Origin: Chiloscyllium plagiosum
Lineage: Eukaryota
Assembly: GCF_004010195.1 (NCBI RefSeq)
Contig: NC_057720.1
Span: 13,111,722 to 13,175,721 of the forward strand
Direction of reading: 5' to 3'
Length of the DNA: 64,000 nucleotides
Below, in pieces: positions 12,645-25,802 of this stretch; within the stretch, counting starts at the first letter, position 1, and every line of letters starts with the position of its first letter. Under the pieces are notes generated by a model. It worked only from the letters and a program-made list of their open reading frames with translations, did no database searches and was not told the DNA's origin. Made by a program: the position numbers and the translations under genes.

Positions 12645-14360
12645 CTGAATTGAATTGAATTTCTTGTCATGTGTACCAAGGCACAGTAAAAAGTTTTGTC
12701 TTGCGAGCAATACAGGCAGATCACATAGTTAAGAGTAGATTCCCTACAGTGTGGAAACAGATCCTTTGGCCCAACCAGTCCACACCGACTCTCTGAAGAG
12801 TTACCCATCCAGACCCATTTCCCTTTTGACTAATGCATCTAACACTGTGGGCAATTTAGCATGGCCAATTCACCTAACCTGCACAACTTTGGATTGTGGG
12901 AGGAAACTGGAGCACCCAGAGAAAACCCATGCAGACACAGGGAGAATGTGCAAATTCTACACAGACAGTCGCTGGAGGCTGGAATCAAACCTGGGACTCT
13001 AGTGCTGTGAGGCAGCAGTGCTAACCACTGTGACGCCGTGCCGTTAAATAGCATAGATAAGTAAATAATAGGTAAACAGCGGCAAAAACAAAAATACAGG
13101 TACAGGCGAATGTTAAAAGTTTGAGTCCATTCAGTATTCTAACAACAATAGGGTAGAAACTGTTTCAAAACCAGCCGGTGCATGTTCAGGTTTCTGTACC
13201 TTCTCCCCGATGATAAAAGTTATAGAAAAACTTTGCTAGGGTGGGATGGATCTTTTGAGAATGCTGGAAGTCTTTCCTTGACAGCGGCCCTGTTAGATGG
13301 ATTCTATAGATGGGAGGTTGGTCTTTGTGATTGCTCGGGCTGAGCTCGTCACATTCTAACCGTCTCTGATCTTGAATTGTATAGTTGTCATACCAGGTCG
13401 TGATACATCCAGACAAAATGCTCTCGATGGCCCACCTATAAAAGTTGGCAAGGGTATTTGCCGTCATGCCAAATTTCCTCAGCTGCCTGAAGAAGAAGAG
13501 ACGTTGTTGGACCTTTGTAACCAGTGCGTCTACATGAAGAGTCCAAGAAAGCTTGTTGTTGATGACCACTCCCATGAGCTTGACAAACTCCACTTGTTCT
13601 ACCTCTGTGCTGTTAATGTATAGGTGGCTATGGGTAACTTCCACCACAAGTCAATAATGTGTTCCTTGGTTTTGCTGGCATTGAGAGCTAGGTTGTTCTC
13701 AGTGCACCATTTTTCCAGGTCTTCCACCTCCATCTGTAGTCTGTTTTGTCGCCATCTGGAATTTGACTGACTATGGTGGTGTAATCAGTGAGCTTGTAAA
13801 TGGCATTAGTCTGGTATTTATCGATGCAGTCATGGCTATACAGTGAGTACATTAGGGGGCTCCAGTGTTAAGTGTTAATGAGCATGAAACGTTGTCCCCA
13901 GTCTTCACTGATTGTGGCCTGTGGGTCAAGAAACTGAGGATCCATTTGCAGAGAGTAGGGCTTCGTCCGAGATCACTAAGTGTAGTAACCAGTCTTGAGG
14001 GGATAATAGTGTTGAAGGTTGAACTGTAATCAATGAGTAGGATTCTTATGTAGCTGTTCTTGCTGTCAAGATGCTCTAGGGAGGAGTGAAGGGCAAGTGA
14101 TATTGCAGCTGACGTGGGTCTGTTGGTCCGATAGGCAAATTGGAGTGGGTCAAGAGCAGTAGGGAGGCTGGAGTTGATTAATGCCATGACCAACCTTTCA
14201 AAGCACTTCATGACCACTGAATTTAAGGCCACTGTGCAGTAGTCGTTGAGACACGCTGCATGAGCCTTCTGAGGCACAGGGATGATGTTGGCCCTTCTGA
14301 AACAGACAGGGACAGTGGCCTGCTGCAAGCAGAGATTGAAGATGTCAGCGAGACTGCTGG
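12645..14360 (-). mobile_element. Rex1/Babar-type non-LTR retrotransposon, 5'-truncated
   Basis: ORFs IIPVPQKAHAACLNDY...VVMKCFERLV...LDPLQFAYR...DYSSTFNTIIP and KVQQRLFFFRQLRKFG...IESILSGCITTWY; (TTCAA)n tail at about 12646-12660. Confidence 0.88.
12737..13043 (-). mobile_element. HE1/V-SINE nested in Rex1/Babar
   Basis: tRNA-like head GGCACGGCGTCACAGTGGTTAGCACTGCTGCCTCACAGC, V-domain and CR1-type tail. Confidence 0.92.
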
Positions 14361-14559
14361 AATTTAGAGATATAGATAGTCATGGCTATGGCGAAATTTA
14401 AAATAAGATCATAAGATGTAAGAGCAGAATTAGACCATTCAGCCCATCGAACCTGCTCCACCATATTGTTTCCACCCTTCCCATTTATGTTTAGTTCAAG
14501 GAGAAACTCCACACATGCACGCAAATATGCACCTGCCCATGACCTCAACTCTATCCCGA

Positions 14560-15460
14560 GCCGTCCATGTTACTGAACCAATTCCAACACTGTTTAATTT
14601 AAAGCCCTATCCACAGCCCTTGTTATGCTTTTCTCAAGGACTCTGGTCTCAGCATGATTCAGATGGAGCCTTTCCCATTGGAGCATCTCTCTCTTTCCCA
14701 AGTACTGGTGCCAATGTCCCATGAATTCAAACCCATTTCGTCCACATGGATCTTGGAGCCATAAATTTACCTCTTTAATCTTGTTGACCCTCTGCCGGTT
14801 TGCTTGTGACTCAGGTTGTAATCTAGAGGTTATTGCCATTTTTGTTCTGCTGTTTAATTTACCCCCCAGTTGCTCCTATTCCCAGAGTAGTGCATCCTTC
14901 CTTTTTCTACCTATATTGTTGGTACCTAAATGGACCATAATAATTGGAACTTACCCCTCCCACTGCAAGTTCTTCTGCACCCCAAATGAAATATCCTGAA
15001 CCCAGGCACCAGGCAGCCAAAATAGCCTTTGGGACTCTCGATCCTGATCAGAGAACAGTGTATTCCCCTGACTATACTATCCCCAATTACAGCAACATTT
15101 CTCTTTTCTCTCTTTTCTTGAATGGCTTCCTGTACCATGGGTACTATGCTCAGTTTGTGCATCCTCCTGACAGCCCCCACTCTCATCCACAGAGCAGCAA
15201 GAATCTCAAAACTGTTCGACCAGCTCAAGGACTGAAACACCTTTAACGTCACCACCTTAATCACTCTAATTGCCTTGCTCACAGTCACACCCTTTTGTCT
15301 CACTGACCAAATTTGAAGTCGTTTGTTTCAGGAGGCAACCCTTGCACTATGTCCAGGTAACACACACTCTCCCTAATTTGTTGCAATGTTCTAAGCTGAG
15401 CTGGAGTTCCTCGAGCAATCAACATTTGCTACAGATGTGGTCAGTCTGAACCACATTGGG
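14560..15460 (-). mobile_element. Old CR1 ORF1 remnant (SGNH esterase)
   Basis: VAVIGDSIVRG and EVNLWLQ...GFEFMGHW...LHLNHA motifs in broken ORFs. Confidence 0.8.
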
Positions 15461-16914
15461 GACCACCTGTGATATTAAAGAGTTAATTTGCTCAACTGAC
15501 CTGCAAGAAATTCAATTCTCCAGGGATAAGGTGGTGTGTCTTTGTCTTGTAGGTGGAATGTGGGAGGTTTACATTGCTATTCCCTTGCCATTCAGGGATG
15601 ATTTCATCCAGAAATCAATAAAAACATTACAGTTAGAATTTGACTACTCTCCTCTCCTCTAGTTTAAAAAAACTATTTGCAACAGACTTGACCATGAAGG
15701 GATGATTTGTGTTACAATGTCTCTGGAGGTGAGGTGGTAACTGCGTTGTATCATGAGTGGCATGTGATTGTGAGGGAGTGATTGGGGGTTGTCTTGTGGG
15801 CATTACTAACTTAATATAAAGATTTTGTAGAAAGGAAGGACTGTTTCCTTTGTTTGAGGAGAGCTTTTACCATGACCCGTAAGCCCTGCAAGGTATGTTA
15901 AAGGTTCCTCCAGAGAGAGACCCTTGGACACACCTCGCTAGCATGGTGAGGGAGTGTTCAGAGTTTCTCCAAAGCTTATACTGTACTTAAAATTTGATTG
16001 CTGTTCACAGATGTTGGTTTGTTGCAGTTGCATCAGGTATGTAAGGAACCTCAGGAGAAAAAGAACTTAACACGCCATGCAATTACAGCACATTGTCTGG
16101 CCTGACATCTCTATTTTAATTACTTAGTTCTTCATTGATTTAACATGAGAATGATAGCTTAAATCAAGCTGTTGATGGCCAGGGGCCATCGTCAATCTGT
16201 GCTGACTGACAAACAATGGTGAGTGATGATGCAGGCAAAAGTTTTGGATGAGTTTATATTTGTACAAGTTAAAGATGGAAGGATTACAAGACTTCTGCAG
16301 GTTCATGGGATTCCATTTCACTGAGGCCAGTATTTATTTTTCATTCCCTGGTTGCCTTTGAGAGTAACTGCATGGCATGTGGTATAGGTATGCTTGCAGG
16401 TTTTTGCACCACAACAATGAAAAGAATGGTATTAATTCAGGATGGTCTGATTTTTGAGGGGTACTTGCTGGTGATCGTGGTGATTCTATGGGTTGTCCTT
16501 GTTCCACTTGGTGGAAAAATTTGTGTGTTTAGGTGGTGTTGAAGGAGCCTTAGTGAGTTATGATGCACCTTATAGATATTATCCAGTGCTGCAACTACTC
16601 TGATACTTTGCCCTAGAAAGGTCCAGGTTCTTGTGCGTTATTAGAGTTGCATTTACTCACACAGGTGATGAGTATTTCTTGTAGATGATAATTCCAGTAG
16701 TGGCTTTCAGGTGTTTCTTGACATCAAATAGATTGAACATTAACTGAAAATTGGGGACCTCAGAAGGAGGTACTTATGGGTGAGGATGTGAGCAAATGCT
16801 TGAGTGTTGTCCTTTGTCCTGGACTCTGCCATCAATAAGGGTGGGGATATTTGTGGTGCCTTCACCTCCAGTTAATTAATTGTCCTTTACCATTCACCAC
16901 TGTACTACCCTGTC

Positions 16915-17500
16915 ATATAGAGTCAGAGAGATGCACTGCACAGAAACAGCCAATCCAACTCGTCCATGCTGACCAGATATCCTAAATTAATCTAGCCCCA
17001 TTTACCAGGACTTGGCGCGTATCCCTGTAAACCCTTCCTACTCATGTACCCATCTAGATGTCCTTTAAATGTTGTAATTGTACCTGCTTCCACCACTTCC
17101 TCTGGCAGTTCATTCCACAGATGCACCACTGTTTGCAATAAAAAGTTGCTCCTTAGGTCCCTTATAAATCTTTCCCCTCTCATCCTAAAAACCTATGCTT
17201 TCTAGTTCTGGACTCTCTTCTTCCCCCAAAGAACTCAGGGAAAAGACATTTACCCTATCCATGTCTCTCATGAGTTTATAAACCTCAGCCTCCATCTCTC
17301 TAGAGAAAACAGCCCGAGTCTACTCAACCTTTGCCTATAGCTCATACCCCCCCAACCTTTTCAACATTCTTGTAAATCTTTTCTGAACCCTTTCAAGTTT
17401 CACAACATCCGTCCTATAGGAGTGAGACCAGAATTGCACCCAATGTCCTCTGCAGCCACAACATGACCTCTCAACTTCTATACTCAGTGCTCTGACCTGA
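16915..17500 (-). mobile_element. CR1 LINE 3' end
   Basis: ORF VVHLWNELPEEVVEAGTITTFKGHLDGYM. Confidence 0.9.
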
Positions 17501-17761
17501 TCTGTTAATTTTGGAATTACCTTTGAATTTTATATGTTGTTTTGACTTTAGTCATTTCATTAGACTGCCATCTAATATTTCGACTTGCTGGTGTTGCTCC
17601 TGATATGTTCTACTACATGCTTTATTGAGTCAAAGTTTTGGTCTCTTTGCTTCATAACTATGATAAAGTGAGGGTAATGGCAAAGCATGAGGTTACAGAT
17701 TGTGGTTAAATCAAACTCTGGTGCTTCTGATAACTTCCAGCACTTCATGCATGTCCAGTTA

Positions 17762-18289
17762 TGAGAATATGTGTAGGGTATGAACAGGTAGGAAAAGACT
17801 CAAGTTTTAAACTTTTGTGAAACAAAAGGTCTACTTGCATGATTCAGAGGAGATAAGAACTTGCAGTAAACAATGAGGTGCTGGCGGCAAGGGCAGTGGG
17901 TTAACAAGATGGCAAAGCATTCATTGTGTAAAGCCATTTAACAAGATGAAGAAGCATTCAGTATATAAAGTCAGTTAATAAGGTGAAAAGTATTCATTAT
18001 GTGAAGCTAATTGTTCATTGTGTAACAGCAGATGGCTTAATCTTTACTATTGATACTTGCTGATTGTAACGGTCACCCAATCAATATGTATATTGCCTTA
18101 TTGTTCCTCTCTGTAAATGATGATATGGTTCTATAAGAAACTGCTGTGCGAGAGAAGACTGAGAACTCCTGTCTCTGTGCACATGGGTGATTGTTCTCTC
18201 TCCCTCCAGGGCCCAGAATAAAGATGAAGGAGGTAAAACTATAATGTCTCTGAGCATTATGCTTTGACCGAAACGGGAATGGGACGACA
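17762..18289 (+). mobile_element. Solo LTR
   Basis: TG...CA ends, 4-bp TSD GTTA (17758-17761, 18290-18293), TATA-like CTATAAG at about 18131, AATAAA at 18217-18222; homologous copy at 18508-19059. Confidence 0.78.
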
Positions 18290-18507
18290 GTTATGAGCTG
18301 CAAGGAATGTCTGAATCTATTTCATTTAACATTGAGGAGACAATATATTGTATTAAATAGTTGGTTCATTCAGGCAAATTTGTTTTATTTGCAAGATTTG
18401 TTCCATTGGACCAATCACTTTATTATCTGCATGCTCTTTCTTAATTTATGTCCCATATACCCACAGCTTAAGGAGCTGCAGACAGAGAGGAAATGGTATG
18501 ATTGCTA

Positions 18508-19059
18508 TGTTGTCCTGCTTACCTCCTCAGTTGAAGCAAAACGCTCAGAGACACAGTATAGGTTGACCTCCTTCATGTTTATTCTGGGCCCTGGAGGGAG
18601 AGAGATCAATCACCCATATGCACAGAGACATGATATCACAGTCTTCTCTGGAACAGCGGTTTCTCAATGAAGTGTATAGTCATTTTAGAGGGGGGAGCAT
18701 CCAGATAAGGCAAAATAGATATTAATTGGGTGACCGTTACAATCAATGAGAATCATTAGCAGAGACCAAGCCCTTTACTGTTATCCAATTAATGTTCTTA
18801 ACCTTGTTAACTGGATTTATACAATGGATACTTTTCCCCTTGTTAGCTGACATTGTATACTGAATGCTTCCAATATTGTTAAATGGCTGTACATAATGAC
18901 TGCTTTTCCACCTTGTTAACCCATTACCCTTGCCTCCAGCACCCCGTTGTTAACTCTAAGTTCTTATCTGATCTGAGTCATGCTCAGCTGAACCTCTTGT
19001 TTCACAAAACTCAGAACTTAACTCTTTCCCTGCCTGGTGATATCCTATACACATTTTCA
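18508..19059 (-). mobile_element. Solo LTR, same family, opposite orientation
   Basis: Reverse complement aligns end to end with 17762-18289 (for example CCCTCCAGGGCCCAGAATAAA and GATTGTAACGGTCACCCAAT); imperfect TSD GCTA/GCCA. Confidence 0.78.
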
Positions 19060-21640
19060 GCCAGACCAAAGAAGGGAACGGGGCAGGTATTGAGAGAATC
19101 CCTTGAGTACATCATGCTCGCAAACCATTTTTCAGTCTTGAAAAAGATTGAAAGTAATGGCCCCTTTGTGGAGGCCACAGTATGAAAGGGCAATTGTGAT
19201 TTGGATTTGTTAGTCAGTGGCGTGGACAGGTATGGCCATAGACGTAACTTCAGGATGGCATTTTGTCTTCCATGTGACAGGATGTCATGGAATGGCTGCA
19301 AGGCATTTTGAAAGTAGTCTGTGAATAAGCAGAGGTTGTGGTCATGTTGGGACTAATGACATAGAAACAAAGAGGAAGGAAGTCCTACAAGCAGACTTTA
19401 GAGAGTTAAGTAGGGAATTGGAAAGCAAAACTTGAAAGGTAGTAATTTCTCGATTATTCCTGTTACCATGTAGCAATGAATACATGAATAGAATGATAAA
19501 GCAGATAACGTGTGGAACCAATGAAATGTTTGTGGACACAGAAGACTTGGACAGACTCCATTATGAATATTTTTGTGTTGATGAATGGAAGAGAGAGCAG
19601 GTATAGACATCAGGGTGAAGTATTGTGAAATATTAAAGTTAACAGAGATCGACGTGGTAGACTTAAGTGTATTAATCCACAGGCATGGAAGAGATGCATC
19701 CCAGGCTTTTGAGGGAGCAAAAGAAGAGCTATCAGGGCACTTGGCAGTAATTTTCAAATCCTTTTTGGCTACAGTTGAGGCGTCTGAGGACTGCTATCAT
19801 TGTCCTATTTTTTAAAAAGGGAGGAAAGGATAGACCATGAATTTATGGATCTGGAGAAATTATTAGAAAGAATTCTGAGGGGCAGAATAAATCTGCACTT
19901 GGAGAAACATTAATTCATCAGGGATAGCATAGATTTGTTAAGGGAAGGCTGCACTTGAGCAATTTGATCAAATTTTTTGAGGTGATATCCAGGATTGTTG
20001 CTGAGGGTAATGCATTTGATGTGGTCTATACATGGACTTTAGCAAAGCTTTTGGTAATATTCATTAGGTAGACTGATGAAATTGAGAGGACAGATTGAGT
20101 AAACTGGTACACTACTCATTGGAAGAAAGAATGGGGGGAGGGGGATCTTGTGAAAATATATCAAATTATGAAAGGAATAGAAAAGGTAAAGGCGGGAAGG
20201 TTGTTTCCACTGGTGGGTGAAACGAGACCTGGGAGCATAGCCTCAAAATAATGGGGAGTAGATTTATTAGATTAGATTACAGTGTCGAAACAGGCCCTTC
20301 GGCCCAACAAGTCCACACCGACGCGCAACCCACCCATACCCCCACACTTACCCCTTACCTAACACTATGGGCAATTTAGTACGGCAAATTCACCTGACCT
20401 GCACATCTTTGGACTGTGGGAGGAAACCGGAGGAAACCCACGCAGACACGGGGAGAACGTGCAAACTCCACACAGTCAGTCGCCTGAGGCGGGAATTGAA
20501 CCCAGGTCTCTGGCGCTGTGAGGCAGCAGTGCTAATCACTGGGCCACCGTGCAGCCCAAGACTGAGTTGAGGAGGAACTTCTTCACCCAAAGGGTGTGAC
20601 TCTGTTGAATTCCCTACACGGTGAAGCAGTTGAGGCTATCTCATTGAATGCTTTCAAGGCAAAGATCCGATAGATTTGTTTTTTTGAACAGTGAAGGAAC
20701 TAAGGGTTATTGTGAGAGGGTAGGTAAGTGGAGCTGAGTCCACAAAAAGATCAGCCGTGATCTTATGTAATGGCAGAGTAGGATTGATGGGCCAGATGCC
20801 ATATTACTGTTCCTTTTTCTTTATGTTCCAAGTAAAGTGAGAACCCATGGGATTCAAGGCAAAGTGGCAAGTTAGACCCAGAGTTGGTTGAGAGGTAGAA
20901 AGAAGAGGGTGATATTGGATAGATGTTTCTGTGACTGGAAGTCTGCTTTCATTTGGGTTCCACAGAGCTCAGTGCTGCGGCCCTTGCTATTTGTAGTATC
21001 CAGTAATGATTTGCAGATGACAGGGAAATTGGTGGAGTGGTATATGGTGAGTAGGAAAGCTGTTAACCATATCACATGTTAACTGATGAGCAGAGCAGTG
21101 GCAAATGGAATTCAACCTTGCAAATTATGAGGTAACGCAGACTTAGCTGGCAAGATAATGGATTAGACTATGAATTGTAGGATTCTGGTAAGTGCTGAAG
21201 ATCAGAGTGACCTTAGTGTGTGGACATGCACACTATGGAAGATTGGATAGGCTAAGGTTTTTATTTTGGTAGCAAATGTTGAGAGGGAACCTGTCAGTTG
21301 TGTGGAGAGATAGGGTGGATAGGAAGGGAATTTTTCCACTGGTAGAAGTTTGAATAAATGAGGGCATACATTTAATGTAAGAGAGAAAGCTTCTGGGCAG
21401 AGTTGAAAATTGTTTTCAACTAGCAAGTGGGAGGGAATCTGCCTGAAAGGGTGGGTGAGTCAGAAGCTCTTGTAACCTTTTAGAAAGTATTTAGCTATTC
21501 ACTTCTGTTGCCAAAGTCCACAGAGTTATAGGCAAAGAGCTGTAAAATGGGATTAGTATAATCAGATATTTGTTGACTGGCACAGACAATGGGCTGGTAG
21601 GTCTCTTTCTGTTCTGTGAACATCTATAGGTCTGTAAGAC
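19060..21640 (+). mobile_element. Old, heavily deleted CR1 with a nested CR1 3' end (about 20090-20830)
   Basis: Esterase-like (CATGTTGGGACTAATGACATAG, HVGTNDI), RT-like (VPQSSVLRPLLFVV) and 3' UTR remnants in collinear order. Confidence 0.75.
20262..20557 (-). mobile_element. HE1/V-SINE
   Basis: Head, V-domain and (TCTAA)n tail. Confidence 0.92.
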
Positions 21641-21837
21641 CTCAGCTTTCTCCAATAAACTTGCAAATTAGTCCACTTAAAAGTACTTGCCTTATAAATA
21701 TTTCTTTGTAATTTGATGTCACCACCCTTTCAGATCGTGTGTTCCAAATCTTCACAATCCTTTTGAGAAAAAATTGCTTCCCAATTTATTTTAGTGTTTT
21801 TTTTTCAAATTTATGATTCTGTTTACTAACCTCTACC

Positions 21838-22112
21838 AATGTCATCTACTGTATCTGTTGCACCCGGTGTGATCTCCTCTACACTGGGGAGACAGGACGT
21901 CTTCTTGCGGATTGTTTCAGAGAACATCTCTGTGACACCTGTTCCCATCACCGGTGCCTGGAGGAAGAACACCTCACTGTCCGTCTTGGAACCCTGCAAC
22001 CACGGGATAAAGCTGTGGATTTCAACAGCTTCCTCATTTCCCCTCCTCTCACATTATCCCAGTCCCAAGCCTTCAACTTGGAACCACCCTCCGGACCTGT
22101 CTCTTCCTGCAC
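21838..22112 (+). mobile_element. Penelope GIY-YIG region fragment
   Basis: AATGTCATCTACTGTATCTGTTGCACCCGGTGTGATCTCCTCTACACTGGGGAGACAGG (NVIYCICCTRCDLLYTGETG), similar to 31570-31630. Confidence 0.8.
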
Positions 22113-22493
22113 CTATTTTTTAAAAATAATTTATTCATGTTGCCTCTCTTCCTTCATCCTACCAAAATATACCACTTCACATTGTTCTTTAATAAATTTC
22201 ATCCAGCACATGTCTGCCCATTTTGCCAGCCTATTAGATCCTTCTGCAGTGGATTACTATCCTTCTTTTCAGCTGCAGGCTGGTTTTGAATGTTCACGAG
22301 GAGCTGATGGGTAATATTTGCAGGTTAGTTATCTCCCTCCTATACCTCCACATTAATGGTATGTTGGTTGCTCTCTTGGATGAATCTTCACTGTTTTGCT
22401 ATGACATAAGCCAGGCGCTCCCATGAGTTAAAAGGGATATTTGACCTAATCAAGAATATTTTGAGTACACCAGAAGTGTATTTGCTCTTCAGA

Positions 22494-22828
22494 GCGGCAT
22501 GGTGCCATAGTGGTTAGCTCTGCTGCCTCACCTGGGTTTGATTCCAGCCGAGGGTGACTGTCTGTGTGGAGTTTGCATAATCTCCCGTGTCTGCGTGAGT
22601 TTCCTCTGGGTGCTCAGGTTTCCCCCACAATTCAAAGATGTGCAGGTTAGGTGAATTGACCATGCTAAGTTGCCCATAGTGTTCAGGGATGTGTAGGTTA
22701 GGTGTATTAGTCAGGGGTAAGTGTAGAGTAATGAGGAATGGGTTTGGGTGGATACTCTTCGGAGGGTTGGTGTGGACTTGTTGGGCTGAAGAGCCTGTTT
22801 TCACACAGTAGGGATTCTAATTCTAAAT
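22494..22828 (+). mobile_element. HE1/V-SINE
   Basis: GCGGCATGGTGCCATAGTGGTTAGC head, V-domain, tail GGGATTCTAATTCTAAAT. Confidence 0.92.
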
Positions 22829-23069
22829 CTGGGAGTCTCCTGCTTGACCAAGTTCTCTGAGATTCTTACAAACTAAGTGTCCTGTACAACGGAGTTTGTT
22901 TTGAGTAGTTAGCAGCTTGATACTGGACAAGTTGGCTTGGGAGGAGGTTCTGTTGGATCTTTCTTGACCTTGGAGGATTTTGCAAAGACATCATAAGGGC
23001 TACATCTCCAGTGCTTTGAAGTATGTGCTGTACACTGTCCAAATCTCTGAAACAAGGAGCAAGGGGATA

Positions 23070-23200
23070 TAAACCAAAGGAACTGCAGATGCTGGAAATC
23101 TGAAACAAAAACTGAAATTGCTGGGAAAGCTCAGCAGCTTTGACAGCATCTGTGGCAAGAAATTAAGAGTTAACATTTTGGGTCCAGTCTTCGGAACTGT
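23070..23200 (-). mobile_element. Penelope terminus of another family, degenerate hammerhead
   Basis: CTGCAGATGCTGGAAATCTGAAACAAAAACTGAAATTGCTGG...GTTAACATTTTGGGTCCAG, related to 33992-34212. Confidence 0.7.
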
Positions 23201-23491
23201 CTTCAAAACTGATGCTACCTAGGAAATAGTTATTTTTTAATGCAGATTTTAGGGTTCCTGGGAGTTTTTAAAAGAATTATTCACTCATTAAATGTGGATG
23301 TTCCTGGCTGGGCCAGCATTTGTTGCTGATTTTTCATTTCTGTTGAGAAGGCGATAGTGAGCTGCCAGCTTGAACAGCTGCAGTCATTTGGTGCAAGTAC
23401 AACCACAATGATATTCATCAGAGTTTCAGGATTGTGACACAAGTCCAGTTGATGAGTGGCTTGGATGGGAACTTGCAGATGTCGGTGTTCC

Positions 23492-24962
23492 CATAGAGTC
23501 ATAGAGATGTACACCATGGAAACAGACCCTTTGGTCCATGCCGACCAGACATCCCAACTCTATCTAGTCCCACCTGCCAGCACCCCGTCCATATCCCTCC
23601 AAACTCTTCCTATTCATATACCCATCCAGATGCCTTTTAAATGTTGCAATTGTACCAGCCTCCACCATTTCCTCTGGCAGCTCATGAAAACGTTGCCCTT
23701 TAGGTCCCTTTTATATCTTTCCCCTCTCACCCTAAACCTATGCCCTCTAGTTCTGGACTCCCTGACTCCAGGGAAAAGACTTTGTCTGTTTATCCTATCC
23801 ATGCTCCTCATAATTTTGTAAACCTTTATAAGGTCACCCCTCAGCCTCCGACGCTCCAGGGAAAACAGCCCCAGCCTGTTCAGCCTCTCCCCAAAGCTCA
23901 AATTCTCCAACCCTGGCAACATCCTTGTAAATCTTTTCTGAACCCTTTCAAGTTTCGCAATATCTTTCTGATACAAAGGAGACCAGAATTGCACGCAAAA
24001 TTCCAACAGTCCTAACCAATGTCCTGTACAGCCTCAACATGACCTCCCAACTCCTGTACTCTGTACTCCTGACCGATAAAAGAAAGTATATCAAACACCT
24101 TTTTCACTATCCTAGCTACCTGTGACTCCACTTTCAAGGAGCTATGAACCTGCACTCCAAGGTCTCTTTGTTCAGCAACTCTCCCTAGGACCTTACCATT
24201 AAGATGTATAAGTCCTGCTAAGATTTGCTTTCCCAAAATGCAGCACCTCTCATTTTTCTGAATTAAACTCCATCTGCCACTTCTCAGCCCATTGGCTCAT
24301 CTGGTCCAGATCCTGTTGTAATCTGAGGTAATCTTCTTCGCTGTCCACTACACCTCCAATTTTGGTGTCATCTGCAAACTTACTAACTTGACCTCTTATG
24401 CTCGCATCCAAATCATTTATGTAAATGACAAAATGTAGAGGACCCAGCACCGATCCTTGTGGCACTGCGCTGGTCACAGGCCTCCAGTCTGAAAAACAAC
24501 CCTCCACCACCACCCTCTGTCTTCTACCTTTGAGCCAGTTTTGTATCCAAATGGCTAGTTTTTTTTTTAGATTAGCTTAGATTCTCTACAGTGCGGAAAC
24601 AGACCATTCGACCCAACTAGTCCATACCGACCCTCCGAAGAGTAACCCACTCAGACCCATTCCCCCTAACTAATGCACCTAACACTATGGGCAATTTAGC
24701 GTAACCAATTCACCTAACCTGCACATCTTCGGACTGTGAGAGGAAACCGGAGCACCTGGACAAAACCCACGCAGACACGGGGAGAATGTGTGAACTCCAC
24801 ACAGACAGTTGCCCGAGGCAGGAATTGAATCCTGGTGCTGTGAGGTAGCAGTGCTAACCACTGAGCCACCGTGCACCAGTTCTCCCTTTATTCTGTGAAA
24901 TCTAACCCTGCTAACCAGTCTCCCATGGGGAACCTTGTGAAATGCCTTACTGAAGTCCATAT
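23492..24962 (-). mobile_element. CR1 LINE RT and 3' end
   Basis: [20 protein letters not shown]...SKFADDTKIGG and CVQFWSP...RRLRGDLIKVYK. Confidence 0.93.
24567..24876 (-). mobile_element. HE1/V-SINE nested in CR1
   Basis: Head, V-domain and tail. Confidence 0.92.
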
Positions 24963-25802
24963 GTATCTGCTGACCTTGTCCTTCTAGATGGTAGTGATTG
25001 AGGACCTGGAAGATGTTAGCTACGGAGCCTTGGTGAATTTCCACATTGCATCTTGTGGATGGCACACACTGCTGCTGCTAAGTATCAGTGGTGGAGGGAG
25101 TGGATGTTTGTGGATATGGTGCAAATCAAACAGACTGCTTTGTTCTGCATGGTGTCAAGCTTCTTGTGTTGTTAGAGCTGTAGTCATCTAGGCAGGTGGA
25201 GAGCTCACTTTCCTGACATGAGCCTTGCGGAGAGACTTTGGGGAGTTAGGTGAGTTACTCACTGCAAGTTTCGAAGCATTTGACCTTTTGTGATCACATT
25301 GGTTAAGTTTTTGGTTAGTGGTAAACCCCCAGGATGTTGGTAGTTGGTTTGTGGGGGATTCAATCATGGTGATGTCATTGAATGTCAAGGAGCCATGGTT
25401 AGATTTTCTCTTGTTGGAAATGGTTGTTGCCTGGCACTTGTGTAGCATAAATGTTGCTTCCCACCTGTCAATACAAGCCTGAATATTGTACATGACTTGC
25501 TCATGGATTATTTCAGTTGGCGACAGCAATGAATTTTGTGGTTAAGAGGAGGCTCTGAAGCTTCAGAAAATGGCCCACATTTTTAGAGGATTTCACTGTT
25601 GATTTGAATTGATTGGGGTGAGAGAACTTTAGTCTTCTGGGCATTCAGTGAAGGACCCCATCCATTTGTACTTGTCTGACATGGTCAATAAGTTGCAAGA
25701 ATCATAATTGGTGAAAATATTGACTCGTCCTCCACCAGCAGATCCAAAACATCAGCCCCTTGACAACTAAAGATTTGTTTTTGCATAGAACCAAGTTGGT
25801 CA

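Larger units (their letters stand above)
23275..25530 (-). mobile_element. Old CR1/L2-group LINE 3' part (23275-23490 and 24960-25530) split by a younger CR1
   Basis: ORF 25188-25529 (NIQACIDRWEATFMLHKCQATTIS); the 3' tail AATGCTGGCCCAGCCAG...CACAT recurs at about 30360 and 31010. Confidence 0.65.

Noticed and set aside
15700..16320. Possible DNA transposon remnant
   Set aside because: No TIRs or transposase motifs that I could confirm.
17762..19059. Single foldback DNA transposon with long TIRs
   Set aside because: Each arm has TG..CA ends and its own 4-bp TSD, so two solo LTRs fit better.
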